A DNA stretch of 64,000 nucleotides, taken from contig JBITNC010000001.1 of NCBI GenBank assembly GCA_050084985.1, positions 124,434,001 through 124,498,000 of the forward strand, written 5' to 3'. Positions 48,229 through 62,525 of this stretch are shown one piece after another; the stretch's first letter is position 1, and every line of letters starts with the position of its first letter. The notes under the pieces are model-generated. The model did no database searches and was not told the origin of the DNA. It saw nothing but the letters and a program-made list of their open reading frames with translations. Both the position numbers and the translations under genes were made by a program. Origin of the DNA: Nageia nagi. Taxonomy: Eukaryota; Plantae; Pinophyta.

Positions 48229-50848
48229 TGTTGACTGATGGATATGGTTGATTAGGACTCTTACTTACAATTAAAATCTAAAGAACAAACAAAAACAAAT
48301 GTAAAAATACTTATATATAAAAAGGAGGAGCACAATAATTGATTAAAAATGGGGTAATCTCGTTATTAATATATGAAGTTAATTACATTTAATAATCATA
48401 ATCAATACTTTTATATTCTTTATTGGATGCACTATATCTCCAACATCACTAGTTGATATGCCTATGGAATGTCGACGAGAACTTATACAATATGTCAATG
48501 TGCATTAGTGATGTTTGATGGATAAGATGGGTTGATTGACCATAACTCTTCAAGTCACTTCTTATATCTTTGTATCAATTTAGAAGAACTGTGTTGATTA
48601 GTTATCTTGGTGTCACTTTGCTTAACCCTGATTAGTTAACTTTAATTCTTATTCTTCAAACTGATATGATATGATCATCAAACCAATATACATATTACTT
48701 TAATCTATCGATCGTTAATATTATATTTGGTTGATCAATTTCCATTGCAACATCCTCCCCAAATTAAAACCAAGGCTCGTCCTTAAGACTTCTTTTATCT
48801 AGTTTTTAGGATAAAGAGAGTACAAAGGTAGCAAAATATTATTAATATTATTTCTTATAATTACTATCTTCCAAATTCATAATATTTGAGAATTGTGTCT
48901 CTTTATTCTTGGTCCAATCAATTCATCCTCATTTTTGGGGATTGTGAGTCATTAGGTGGTATACCATCGGTAGTCAGCAATGATCAAATCTCTATCGATT
49001 CATTAGGATTTCTTTATATTCTTCTCCTTAAATTTCACCTCCAATTATGTAGGTGGTAATTCTTTAGTGGGTATCTCCTTCATGGTGCCTTGGTTTTCCA
49101 TCAATCCTATTTTTTCCTCTCTTTTCGACAATCAATCATAGTTCATGTTATATCTTGAAGATGGTAATTCATCACTTCTAATATCAATATCATCTATTGA
49201 GTCTGGAATCTATATTCCTCCTACTCTATTCTCTACTAACTTACTTCTACTCTTCCACTTTGATATACTTCTCAATATCTCCTTTTCTTCATACTTATTC
49301 CATTATTTTTAACATAGAAAGTATCTTCCTCATTTATTTTCCTTTTTAAATCTTATCAATTGATTTTCTATGGACATCTCCTCACCAACTTAATATAATG
49401 ACTTGTCCTCAAGGCTTCTTTTGGGTAAATCAACATTATGTCAATAAGGCTATAACTGTGAACTTTGATCAATCATAGAAGGAGAGGATGGTTTTTCTCT
49501 TATTGGCTCTTTTCAAGTTTGATAGTATCTCCTTTACTCTCTTGATGAAGCAATGATGTATCAAATAGAAATAAATTGTATAGGTCTCAAGATAGGTTCC
49601 ACCATCATAATTTTTATTTGTATTCCCTACTAGTCCTACTCTACACTAACCATTTGGTATCTTCTTCCATAACATAAACCAATTGGTCACATTCTACTTC
49701 CATTATGTACACATTTCCAACAATCCAGAGTGCTTTGTCAATTCTGTCAATCTAAATATTTTCTCTCTCTATTCCCTCCAATTGATTGCTATTTCTTCAC
49801 CTTGCTTTGCTAGGTTCTTCTTGTAGTATTTATTCTTCTTTGTCAGTTTCATCTATTTTATCTTCATCTCTTTGTAAGTTTTCCTTCTTTTTGAGCTTTA
49901 TCTTTATGAACTTCATCGAGAAAAACTTCATATAGGAGGAGATAGCAATCCTTGTTTATAGAATAGATTGTATGAAATATTGGAAACCTAGCTTTCATGC
50001 ATCTCTCACCTACATAGAAACCAAGTGAACAATAGTTGCATGTACATTTTTTTCATACTTCTCCAACAATTTTAAAAATATGCAATTCATATTTTTTATG
50101 AAATTGACCATTTCTCCCTTTTATCAACTTCAAATGAACTACATCCAAGTGTCTTTTGATTCCTTTTTTATACAAATTTATCAAGTGTTATTTACATCAA
50201 ACTATTCCATGGTTCTTTTTATATACATCACTTAGCATTCCATTCGATATTCAAAAAATCCTAGTTTGTATGTATCTCAACAATAGAATTGTTGACCTAT
50301 GGATCCAATCGATTGAGGCTCTTACCTACAACTGGAATTGAAAGAAAAAATAGAAATAAATGTAAAATACATAGATATAAATATAGGGTACACAATAATT
50401 GATTGAAAAGTGTGCAATATCTTTGATAATATATGAATTCAATTACATTCAATAATCATAATCAATACATTTATATTCTTTATTCATTTTACTTTATCTC
50501 AATCGACTCTCATACTTCACCAATCGGCATGCCTATGACATGTCAATAGGAACTTATACAATATATCAATGTGTAGTAGTGATGTTTAATGTATGATGTT
50601 TTATGGATGAGATGGGTTGATTGATTTCTATGTGCTTCTCCATAACTCTTCAAGTCACTTATTATATCTTCTTTGTATCTCTTCAAAAGAGGCGTGTCGA
50701 TTAGTTACCTTGGTGTCACTTCACTTAACCCTAATTAGTTAGCTTTAGTTATTTATCCTTCAAAATGATATAGTTCGATCTCCAAACCAATCACTTTAGT
50801 CAATTTATCATTAATATCATATTTGTTCGATTGATTTTCAAGCTAATA
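48229..50848 (-). mobile_element. Internally deleted non-autonomous LTR retrotransposon (Gypsy-like)
   Basis: LTRs 48229-48752 and 50290-50848 are collinear. PPT (plus strand TCCTCCCCAAATT) at 48753. TSD ATTTT/GTTTT. The 1.5-kb interior has only decayed gag-like sequence. Confidence 0.85.
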
Positions 50849-51919
50849 GTTTTGACATTGTGTCCATAAGTACCTACCTTCATAATTTCACCATTTCTCT
50901 CTTACTTTATGTAGACCATATTGTTTGGTTAGCTAAACATTATGATGGCCTTCCAAATTAATTATATATTCTTCAAACATTTTGTAATATAATTGATTTA
51001 ATATTTAATGTAGATAAAATAAAAAGATGTCTCACCCTGCAATCTTATTTAATAACCAACCCTTGGAGGTGATTTACTCTTCTAAATAGTTAGGTATCGA
51101 TATAAATCACAAACTAAATTGGAATCTAATTATTTAAAAATGATTCTTTTCTAGATGGAAAGCTTTTTATGGTTTAGAAATAAAATGTTAAAATGCAAGA
51201 CTTTATAATTGGGACAAAAAGAAACTTTTTTCTCATGTTTTGTAATCCCAATGATACTCTCTAGTTGTGAAGTTTGGGATGGAAGCATTTGTTAACAAAC
51301 ATGGAATTAAGGAGTAAATTTAAAGTAACTCAAAAATTATGAAGTAATGATAATATCAAAAATAAAAGAAAACTACCTTAATATAAAAATATCATTAATC
51401 CAAAACTTGAACATCCATCCTATCCGCATATGATTTTCAGTCTCAAAAAAAAAGTGTAATTACAAAATTAAGAAATAATTCACACGAATTGTAAAGTAAA
51501 ATTAGTACATGGACAATACCTATAACACCTTACCATAAAAGAACTTGTAAGCTTTGAAACCTAAATACCATAGAAGGTGACACATTTTCTTTTTTTATAT
51601 CCATTTTACAAAGATATCATATAAACCTATAAAAATATTTGTAAATATAGCTTAATCCATGAATTTTTAAATCAAGATAACCAAAAGAAGCTTGGCAAGT
51701 TTATTGTACAACTAATTCTTTTATGAACATGCATTCAAATACATAAATTATTTATATTTATTTCTAGATAAACTTTGGTAGGTCCTAAAATCCATTAGGT
51801 TTAAAAGGATATTAAAAGACTTATCTTATCATATGCATCAACATCAAAGATATCAAGAGCAATTTCATCAAGGATGATGATAAAGATGAAGATAGGAGTT
51901 AACTCAATAATGGCAATTA

Positions 51920-54057
51920 GATAGGATAGGATAGGATTATTTTAACATCCTTTTAGACCCATTGGTTTGTAAGACCTATAAAAGTTCATCTATAAGTAAA
52001 TATATATCAATTAAGTATTTGAATGATTATATATCATATAAAAAAAATGAACAATGCACAAATACATAAATATTCCAAGAAAAATAAGAATCCTCCTAAG
52101 GATAATTAACCATAATCATTCATACCCATCTAATAAAAATAAATAACTAAAACAAAATTCTAGATCCAGATCAAGCACAATATGATGATGTTTGCTAAGA
52201 CCTCCAAATAGTAATTTATCACCTCTTGCTAGGGGATTTGGGAGACAACTGAGGTGTGATAACACCCACATCTAACATATCAAGTTCTACTCCCCCTCCT
52301 ACATTGGAAATATTTAAGAACTCTTGATAAGTACTACAAAATAATAGATTTAGAGGTTGTTAAATTGTAACATGACCAAGGGAACAAGGTACAATAAGTC
52401 AACAAATGATGGATTTAGAATGATGACAATGAGAAATATCATTAGGGATGACAATGGTGATATTGATGACAATTATAAGGTTTAACAAATAACAAATGAA
52501 GAATTAAAGTTTAGGTTTAAACCTAACAAAGTCATAATATATTGTTTCTTGATGATTATTACTATAAACATGATGATAACTAATGGAAATAACAATCAAA
52601 GTTGACATATCACTTGTGATGACAATCATGGATAGTTTTATGTTAACTTATTAAATTTCATGTATATATCCAGGAAGTTGAATAGGTTTTCATTATATTT
52701 TGCGACATTGTATATTTGATATATTAATAACATTCAAATTTCATATCAAGCCATGAATTGTTTACTAAGACTTAGAATTCAAATCACCATGTAATTGGTA
52801 GAGTTGAAGTAAAGTGTTATGGACCATAAGTAAATTTAACACAATTATATGATTGTTTACAAAGACAATAGACTCATTTTCTCCTTATCTATCCATTTTA
52901 CAAAAAAAATAAACAAACCTAAAAGATATTTGTGATTACAATTTCATCCACCAATTCCTAAATCAAGCTAACTAAATCAAGCTTTGTGATTTTATTATGA
53001 ATCTTAATTTTGTTGAAAAAAATCATTTAGAAACATAGATGATATATATTTATCTTAAGACAAATGTTAATAAGTCTTATAAACCTCTAGGTTTAAAGGA
53101 CATTAAAAGATACCATTCATTCATTCATTATGCAAATTTGGTAAAAACATTATATGTATCTTGTAACAATATTGTAGCATATAAGCTTCATTTGGGCATT
53201 AGGCATATTTACATAATTTGCATGCATCAAAATTAATAAATCAAAAGTTAACAATATCTTCAAACTTTGCATCAAATAATAATATCTCTAACATTGCAAT
53301 TAGCTCATCAATTCGTCCTTGCATGTCAACGAGGATCATTTGTGTTTTTTCTAAGGATTCTTCCACCATAGCTTGCATATTTAATATTGAATTCATAACT
53401 TCTTTTGCCATGACTTTCTCTCATTTTAGTAGTTCAAGAGTGTGTTGTTTCCAAAGGACTTTGGGGTCTAACCCCACCTTGATTGTGGTTATCTCATTCA
53501 TTAAGCTTTGGATATGGCAGGAAATGTCTCCTCCATGAATGATGTCCTCTTAGTTCTCAAAGATATCCACAAGCTCACTTCCATGGGTACTTTTGAAGGA
53601 GCATATCAAAGGGAGGAGTAAGTATAAGATTTTGAGCAAGCAGTGGACTTGTTTCTACCAGGCTAGTAGTAGATTCTCGTGGCTACTTGGGGAATAACAA
53701 ATTATCATTGTTGGATATGCATCGCATGGCCTATAGCAAATTGTCACTACAAAATTTGTATTGCTTGGTCAGTAGCAGATTCTCATTGTGTTTAATGTTG
53801 TCAAATTAGCAATGAATTCCCACTATGGGGTTTGTTGTTCCTAGGTCAACAACAGATACTCCTCATTTAATAATTTATGTATTCAGTTATGTTTATTAAA
53901 TTTATTTTTTTATCTAATATTTTGTAAAACACTAATTAAAATAAATTCAACATTTAATATCATTCAAATACTTAATTGATATATAGTTACTTCTAAACAA
54001 ACTTTTATAGGTCCTTACAAACCAATGGGTTTAAAAGAATGTTAAAAGACTCCTATC
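51920..54057. mobile_element. Mutator-like non-autonomous element with ~105-bp TIRs
   Basis: The reverse complement of 51920-52028 closely matches 53959-54057. Flanks TGGCAATTA / TCCCAATTA are a 7/9 match to a 9-bp TSD. Related TIR copies at ~51750-51830, ~53035-53110 and ~54086-54186. Confidence 0.6.
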
Positions 54058-54428
54058 TCCCAATTATATCAATCGTTTGAATATGTAATTGATATATTTA
54101 CTTCTAGATAAACTTTTTTATTGGTCCTACAAACAAATGGTTTAAAAGGATGTTAAAAGACTCATATCCTCTTATCCCATCCTATCTTTGTTTAGATATT
54201 GTCACAATTTAAGTTTGACATGAATTGATGCAAGGATTGGAAACATTCCTTGGTGACCTTGTTGCAAATGCTTACAAACTTAATATGTGCTCCTCGAGAG
54301 CATGACTTTTTCTATAATTTGATATCTCATAAGAACTAGTTGGAGTTGAAGATCCTCATCAAAAGCATGTTGCTCAAGAGCTATGGAAACTCATTCATAC
54401 TCATCCTTTTCATACTTGGTTAGCATAT

Positions 54429-54964
54429 TATTGAAACATGGCTAGCTATAGGTAGTAAGTGCAAAGTGAGAGAGTTGAACTATAAACTAAACAACTCTAA
54501 ACTCCCAAAATCACATGAAAGTCACAATACATATCTAAATAACTCATAAAGCAATCTCACAACATAACACAAGATGTAAGTGGTTCCTCCAACTAGGAGT
54601 ACATCCACTAACTAGATCTCATTTTATTCACAAACATGAATCTCTTATAATTCTCCTAACTCATCTATTAAACACTATCTTATAGCATGGCTTTACTCCA
54701 GAAATTGGTGTGTGATCACAAAGAGGGAGCCTTCTATTTATAGGCCAAAATCCCTCTTTGGATCACCATTTTATTGAATATGCAAAAGAATGACATGCGC
54801 ATCCTTTTACCCAAGGGGCATGCTCATGACATGGAGTGTAGGATAAGTTACATTATCATATTCACTTAAATACTTAAAGTATCAAATGATACCCTTAAGT
54901 ATTAGTGAACTTACATAGAAGATTATTACATAACCTTTACAATAATGCATTACACATTCCAACA
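54429..54964 (-). mobile_element. Copia-type solo LTR
   Basis: TATTG (decayed TGTTG) to TCCAACA ends; minus-strand CCTATAAATA TATA box; AAGTGGTTC..GGAGTACATCCAC motif. TSD only 3/5. Confidence 0.6.
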
Positions 54965-55261
54965 CAAAGGAATATAGCATTTTGGTAGATGGAATCATTT
55001 CATCATTCTATCCATCCCAAGTTGGAATGAGAAATGGAATCAAAGTCTAAACTCATCTAATAGATATTAACATAGATATCACAAGTATGATATGTTACTA
55101 CAAAAGGGCATTTTGAATTGTCATGAACTTTGTTGAACTTGCAAATGTTTTAATCAAATTGAAGAGTAGCCCTATATGACAAACCCTATGATAATAAGCA
55201 TAACAGAATGGGCCCATTCATAAAGTGGAAGCTATTACTTAAGCATACATATTGAATATTA

Positions 55262-57077
55262 TATTAGAGTACACTCAAATTCACATTGTATTACAACATA
55301 TATATTAGGAGATATTTAAGTTGTTATAACAAAAACAATAACTAAAACCCCCATATACAACACACATAAAAATAATATATCCAAACCAACAATATCGCTT
55401 AACGCAATATTTCTAACATCCCCTTTTAATTACAAATTTCTATATTTTATCACTACATCAACATCGTTTATTTCTCAATGGCAATGAACTCACTGATATC
55501 ATTTTTTTAGCAACAATGGACTCACTAAAATCTCATGCAACAATGTCTAGGCATTTGTCATCCTTTATTCTTCATGCGGTAATGACTTGGTAATTTATTA
55601 CTCTTTCATTTGTTGTGTGGTATTAATTGAGCATCTACCATCACTTAAACGTCCAAGTACGGATAGAGATAAATGCATCTACTCATAATCAAAAAACAAG
55701 ATGTAAATAGGGATAAAAACATATGCTTACAACCATTATGATTAAGGAAACACATTCAATCATGAAAACTCACCAAACAAAGGTTGGGGACCAACACATC
55801 CAACACCTCTATAGGCTTTTGGCAACCTTCTTTCAACTTTCTTTACAAGCTTTTAGCAGCCTGCAAAACTTCACCATTCAATCTATTAGACCCCCCTCTT
55901 GAATAAATGTTTTCATAACAAGAACTCGACGTTGTCATAACCAAGAGAGGATAAGAGATTCATGCAACAATAATACTCTCTAAATTTTACATATATTATT
56001 AGTAATAGGCTAAATATAAAATCAAACACCAATAAATAATAAAATAAATAATAAGCGAAGATCAAATTTGGAGAGGTAAATAGCAAAAAATGAAGCAAAC
56101 AATATGCATTGGTGATGAAAAAGTCGTCTACTATGCAATCAGATAGACAAATTGTAATTCTTGTATGTCCTTCCTTTGATGCCTCTGCGATGACAAAGAG
56201 AATTGTTAAATATTTTTTTTCCTCATACTTTGTAAGGTGATTTTGCTATGACGTGGCCATCCACCACCTTTTGTTGTTAAGTTTTATTAATAAATCAGTC
56301 TTTTCATAAATAAATAAATAAAATTGTTGCCTATAGAAAATTCTGTCCGAACAACAAGATCACTCCATTTTTTTTAAAAGAAGTAAAGAAATTTTATTAA
56401 CCTCATTGGAGACCAAGAGCGGTCTGAGATGACTGTAAGGAGTACATTGTACCACTCTTACTGAGATTTGAACATAGGACACTATGAAACAAGATCAAAA
56501 TCGTAGGCAGGAGCAAGACTTGATCTGAATTACATGCACACTACACAAGGATGAAGCACTCAGCAATGAGAATCAGAGGGCGCCAACAGTCCACCAAATC
56601 GCATCCACAACTTGACCTGCCAAATGCGCGGATCTCTCATCAAATAGGCGCTATAATGACAAGAATTAGTCCACAAACAGCAGTAGTATGATCTTATCAG
56701 GCCTTCACATAGAGACCTACTAAAAATGAGTGAGATCCTCATGCACAATAGAATACAATACAGTATCTTGCACAAGAACAAACAAAAAATAAAGAAATAC
56801 CTAAATTATAAGGAAAAACTATTCATCTCCGATACTCTATACAAATGATTTTTAAGGTTTTTCTGATTTTCTTTTGGATGTCTACCTCATCAATCCATCT
56901 GTTTTCTCTCAATAAACCCATCAAATTCACATTGTATTACCCCATATAAATAGGGAGAGACAAATATAAACATAGCATAACTTAACTAAGATATTTTAAC
57001 AAACATAATAACTAAAAACCTTGGTATACTATACAATGAACTAAAAATAATATATCAAACCAACAATATCTCTAACA
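55262..57077 (-). mobile_element. Small non-coding LTR element (TRIM-like)
   Basis: Terminal direct repeats TCAAATTCACATTGTATTAC..AAACCAACAATAT..TCTAACA at ~55262-55418 and ~56920-57077. PPT (TCCCCTTTTAA) at 55419. Possible decayed Met PBS at ~56827. TSD TATTA/AATTA. Confidence 0.55.
56368..56770 (-). mobile_element. Possible younger LINE/SINE 3' fragment
   Basis: T-run with a TTTATT poly(A) signal, followed by ~400 bp of relatively GC- and CpG-rich non-coding sequence. Confidence 0.4.
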
Positions 57078-57989
57078 AATTATTATATATTATTCAAGAT
57101 GAATCATGGAGAACTCCTTTATTCAACTTTAGTCTTTGGTTTTGGGGTCCATTGTACTTAATTATTGGCACAAGTAAGACCACTCCTTGCTTATGTTGAC
57201 ACATATTCTCATTTGATTGCATCTCAACTAAAGTTGGCCTTAATCATATTGAAATACCAACAAGAACCCATGTGGTTAAGGCAAACTATCAACAAAATAA
57301 AAAGCACCTTTCAACAACAAATAGTAGACGCATAGATATTCAAAGCTTCCAACAATTTATCGTTAATAAATAAAATCCAAGGGGAATTATTTGCAAGGTC
57401 TACTTCCAAAATGCAATTGTAACATGGTACTTTAAGACAATTTTTTCATATCCATGATTGTTGAATTAAATATTGCTAGGTCATAAAACCTTGCCTACAA
57501 GTTGTACAACATAATACTATAACTTTAATTTTTTGCAAACAAAAAAGAAATCAAATATACCAAATAAAAACACACTCACACCATGTATTTTCAAATTGAT
57601 CTTATCAATTTCTCATACATTTAGGAAACTCTATTTATGAGGATTTTATGTTACAATACATGAACCCCTCCATTCTTTTTTTATCAAAACTAGCAGGTAA
57701 ATTTGATATTAATCAAAAAATAAAAACCAAGCTTTGGAAGAACCTCGGGCATCTTTTACAATATGACAAAAATAGAGACTATTTTCCTCTATCATAGACA
57801 AACAAAGTAGAGTAAATCTCTATAAGATACAAACCATACAAAAATATGACATAATAAGAGATCATTATTGACATGTAGATGCAGCACATTGTATTGTCCT
57901 TCCTTAAATCAGAATGTATCAAAACAAAGCATTTTATTTATACTACACATATTTGGTTACTAAAGAAAGTATAAGTAAAATCATACATC

Positions 57990-59870
57990 ATAGCAAAATT
58001 TGTTCCATCATGATTGTCTCTTAAAAGATTACGAAAAGAAGCTTGATCCTGATTGTTCACATTCTTCATGAAACAAAGAAAAGAAGACTACCCCTAATTT
58101 GTTTCCTCGCTTGGAGGTTTCATCTTCTAAAGAGGCTTGACCTTAAAGTAAAAGGCTGAATTATATTGTGGCTGAGTTGATGCTCGGGTCTCATAAAATT
58201 GATCATGATAATAATTTTAAAGGTTGACCTCCTCTGGGTCAAAGAAGTCCTCATCCCATTGCATCTTTAGCTTCTGATGGTTGAACTTGTACAACTTCTT
58301 GTAGATCTTCCTCTAGGTCTTTTCTCTTTTTATCCTGCTATCTCTTTGAGCTTCATGTTCCTACATATTGTTAAAAACAGTTATGGTTTCAAAAACCACA
58401 CTAGGATTCCCTTGACATCTTTCAGCTTCAAGTAACATTACATTGTGAAGATGAATGTTTTGAGGCATACGGATGGGCTAGAGTTTGTGTTTTTTGTAGT
58501 TGGTCGAACTAGGGCATCTTTTGAGATAGAAAAAATAATAATTTGAATATTGAGGGGGTCTTGTTCTATTAGTTGACAAGGAAAATGGGGAAGGGGTTTG
58601 GTAGTGACACTGGTGGCCTGAGAAGTCTCAATTCCAATCTTGAATGACTAGCTCCGAGCTAGTAAAGGCAATCTCCTTGTCTAAATGTTGGGTAGAGTGA
58701 TTTTATTTTTTCTTCTTTCTTCCATAAATGAATTTGAACATTGAACTAGGCATAGAATTAACATTACCAAAAGGATTCTCAGGTTTGACACAATTTTCAA
58801 TGACATTAGAAGAACTATTCTCCTCCTTAGTAGGACTATCAGAAATATGAATGATTTCGAGGGTCATCTTACCTTTTGCTTTCTTTGCTTGAGATATAGA
58901 CCTCGTCCTTCTCCTCAATGGTACATGAAAATCTTCTACTTCGTTAAGAACATCATCTCCATGGTATATCTTATTTTCTCACAAGGCCTTTCCTATACCT
59001 TTTGGTCTGGTCCTTTGAATCTTCCATGATAATAGGTTTCTTCTTAGCAATAGTCCTTCTCCACCTTTTAAACCAAATGAGGGCTTCTTCATTTTCCTCC
59101 TCTACTTCAATTGGACTTGGCACCTACATATCCTATGTACTCCCGTTAGCATTCTGTATTATTTCTTGTTGTGTCATTTCGTCTTCAACCCTCCTGACAT
59201 TCTTATGCAACTTCCTTGAATGAGCATGCATAACCCTTGGATGGGGCTACCTATGTACATAGTTTGCGAGGTGATGTTGGTAAACCATAAGCATGACCAC
59301 CTGGTGGAGGGGTATTGCATTTGGTTTGGCCCTACACTTCTTGACTGACATTGTCATAGAAAATTGAACAAATTATGCAAAATTGACAAGTTCTTGTGGG
59401 AGCTTGAAATGGTTTATCAAAATGATGTGGGAAACATAGACTTTTGTATGTCTCCCATCCAAAGTGATATATTTCATAAGAATCTTGCATAGTTTGTACC
59501 ATGGGTAAAGCAAACTTTTCCTATAAAAACTTGTCCTGTATTACTCTAAATGAATTCGCCCACCTTCAAATTTTCGAACCTCGTCAACCTTGCTAACTTT
59601 TGAATTTTGTCTTACTACTTTGCCTCTATTGGGAAAGCCTCTAGCTTCAGCAATTGCTGATTCACTGAAATGTATTTCCTTTCCATGAATATGGCACACC
59701 CCATTGTCCTAGGTGTTTACAACATAATCCGCTAGCCTCCTATCGCTTCCAACTCTACATGCCTCGATAAATCTATATAATCCTCCTCTAGAAATGATTC
59801 TCTACACATTAGGGTCTTTTTTGGCCTTACCAGGATCATTGGGCTTAGTAAAAACTAGCGCCCCTCCCAT
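57990..59870 (-). pseudogene. Accessory (antisense) ORF of a Tat-type Gypsy element, PMD-related; flanking 57540-60270 looks like retroelement 3' region
   Basis: MGGALVFTKP..GGLYRFIE..IHGKEIHFSESAIAEARGFP..SLLYPWYKLCKILMKYITLDGRHTKVYVSHIILINHF..VNFA*F..LHQVVMLMVY, then a charged low-complexity tail. It resembles, from recall, the extra ORF of gymnosperm Tat elements. Several stops. Confidence 0.65.
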
Positions 59871-60278
59871 ATTCCTCTGCTTCGAAGCTAGTCTATTCTA
59901 GTAGTTTTTTACTCGAGCAACGAATTAGTATCAGTACTAAACTTACTACTTATCCCATACTCAATGCTGTAACAAGTATGAAAAGTGGCATGAGTGGCAC
60001 AATATTGTTGTCATCCTTATTGTTGTTGCTTGGCTAGTAAAAAATCATCATTATTTGGTGGCACTTGTTTTAAGTTGCCTTGCTCCACTCGAAAAAGCCT
60101 TCAAGCATCATAGTACTCATCCCATCCACTATTATTGTTCATGGGAACTAAAAACCCAAGAACTCCTATTGGATTTCTAAAAATAACAATGTTAACAAAA
60201 ATGTTTAACCAATTCTTCCTAGCTATTGCCAAATCCAATTGTGCTTGCATGAACATCTTTCAAAGAATCAAATATATT

Positions 60279-61277
60279 GTAGGTTATATACCATTATATT
60301 GTGTGATTACCAAGGTAAATTTTAAGAGACCTATCTTAAAAAGGACTTATAAAATCATGGCGATGTGAAAACTTGTGATATAGCAACTTGGCTATATTTG
60401 AAAATTGATGTTATGTTGGTTATATATTTTTAAAATCAAGAGAATTTATAAATTAGAGGTGATGTTGAATGTTTTAAAATTGTTGTATTGTGGAGTCTCT
60501 TCATCAATGTATTTTTTATTTTAGTTAGACCCACCTCAACAGGGGTGTAAAGGTCGCTTCTTTTTGAAGCCAAAAATACCTCATTTTTTGTATATCAATA
60601 TTCCATATGTAATAACTTTGAAACCAAAACCACATGTTTTTTTTTTGTATATCAATATTTTGTATGTAATAGAAATGACTCTAGTTCGGCATGGCCCTAA
60701 CCATGTCAATTGATAAGGCTTCGAGCCATGTCTAACGTCATTTGACATGGCTTGACTTTAAATAAGCTGAGAAAATAATCATGATATTTAAAAATAAAAC
60801 ATTTCTAAAGGGCATACCTTATGGATGTACCATTGTGATGCAGATTTTTTACTTCTAGATTCACGCACCTTACATTACAAATCAAGTGATTATTCAAAAT
60901 ATCATATCTCATGACTGATCACATTTAATTTATATACCCCTATGTAGTTGTTTCTTTGAAATAAATTAAAATCTTTCTAATTTCAAGGCTATAAATAAAT
61001 TAAAATGATTTTATTTATAATTTCAAGGCTATATGGGCCAAAACCCATGTAATTTTAATGGCTACAATATTAATTAATTTTAAGTTACATATAATTTCAA
61101 GGTTAAAATACCAATATTTTGAATTTTTTCAATAAAATTTTGACTAGTAGGTAGATATGTGGACATGCCAATCTCACGAAATGAAACTTTGTGAAAAGTG
61201 TCAATTATAACACCAAAAACAATGATTCACCACTAAAATTTTCCATGATAATTACGTGCATAATAACCTTATCCTAC
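60279..61277 (-). mobile_element. ~1-kb non-autonomous relative (MITE-like) of the 37600-46920 element
   Basis: 60312-60480 matches the reverse complement of ~46730-46910, and ~60915-61255 matches the reverse complement of ~37615-37935. Imperfect ~45-bp TIRs begin GTAGG. It keeps a short CCATGTC/TTGACATGG cluster at ~60685-60755. Confidence 0.75.
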
Positions 61278-62525
61278 TGGTTGGCTATCATTGTCCAAGC
61301 CTCATCTCCAATAGGTCTCTAACTAGTGAAAGCAAGTTAAGAGGTGGAAGTTTAAACATTGTTTTCTTCATTTTATTGCATAGGGATTGACAAAAAACAA
61401 TTATTAGACAAGCTGACATACAGCACCTACTGCTTGAAATGCTTCTTTCCCATTTGGATACTAATGACCCTTTAGCTTTTGGGAGAGATCTACCTCACTA
61501 GATTTGCATCCACAAACAAGAAGAGTAAAGCTAGTATTGTTTGTGGCAAATAAAATACCCAAAAAAAAAAAAACTAAACAGTTTAAGAATGGCCATAGAG
61601 GCAAAGAGGAAGTATTTGGAACTTGATTCAAACAATAATTCTTTGAATGGCAGGTTCTAGTCCAATGAGTTAAATAAGCAAAGTATTGCATATTATACCT
61701 AGAAACATATTAGTGATCCTAGTACAATACTAATGATAAAAAGAGGTAAGGATAAAAACACAATGATATTTTACACTGCATGCTACGAGGTTACCATACA
61801 AATTGTATCATTAAATATCTGACCAACAGAGTAATGTATATCTGTGTTATACTCTTACCACTTTAAAGCATCTTCAATTTTCGTTAATTGAAAATAACAT
61901 CAGATAAAAATTCAGTGCAACCATTACCACATCAAATTATTCAGAGACAAACTTGTGTGATCTTTTCCCTACCATTATTATCAAGTCAAGCAATAACAAT
62001 AATTATAATTTATTAAGGAGCTACCATTCAATTTTTAAAATGCCTGAATATGAAAAGATCAAAAAAATTGCAAGATATATTATTCAAAATAACTTCTTGC
62101 ACAATGAATGAAAGATCAAACATCCAATAATATGAAAGCTGTGTGAACAAACAATTAACATGCACTAAACCATAGTAAACTCTAAAACCCTCTCCCATAA
62201 GGTCACATCATCATCTGAACATACTTCCAAATACATCCAAAACAACGATAAAAAAAGATCTCCACATGAAATCAAATGAGGGATATAACTTCTGGTGTTT
62301 TGCAACATTTCAATATTACACATCCTAAAGATAGAAAAATTTGGTTGAATATAGCACAGGATGATATTAATGAATTACTGAGAAAACATTTTAAATAAAA
62401 ACATGAACCCTGAAAAGGCCTTTAAAATTTGAGTTGACATCACACATTCATGAAGTATTAAACATTCTTAAATTAAATTGCCAACAAGCAGCCTTGATCT
62501 CATGTTTGCCTATCTCATCTCACAA

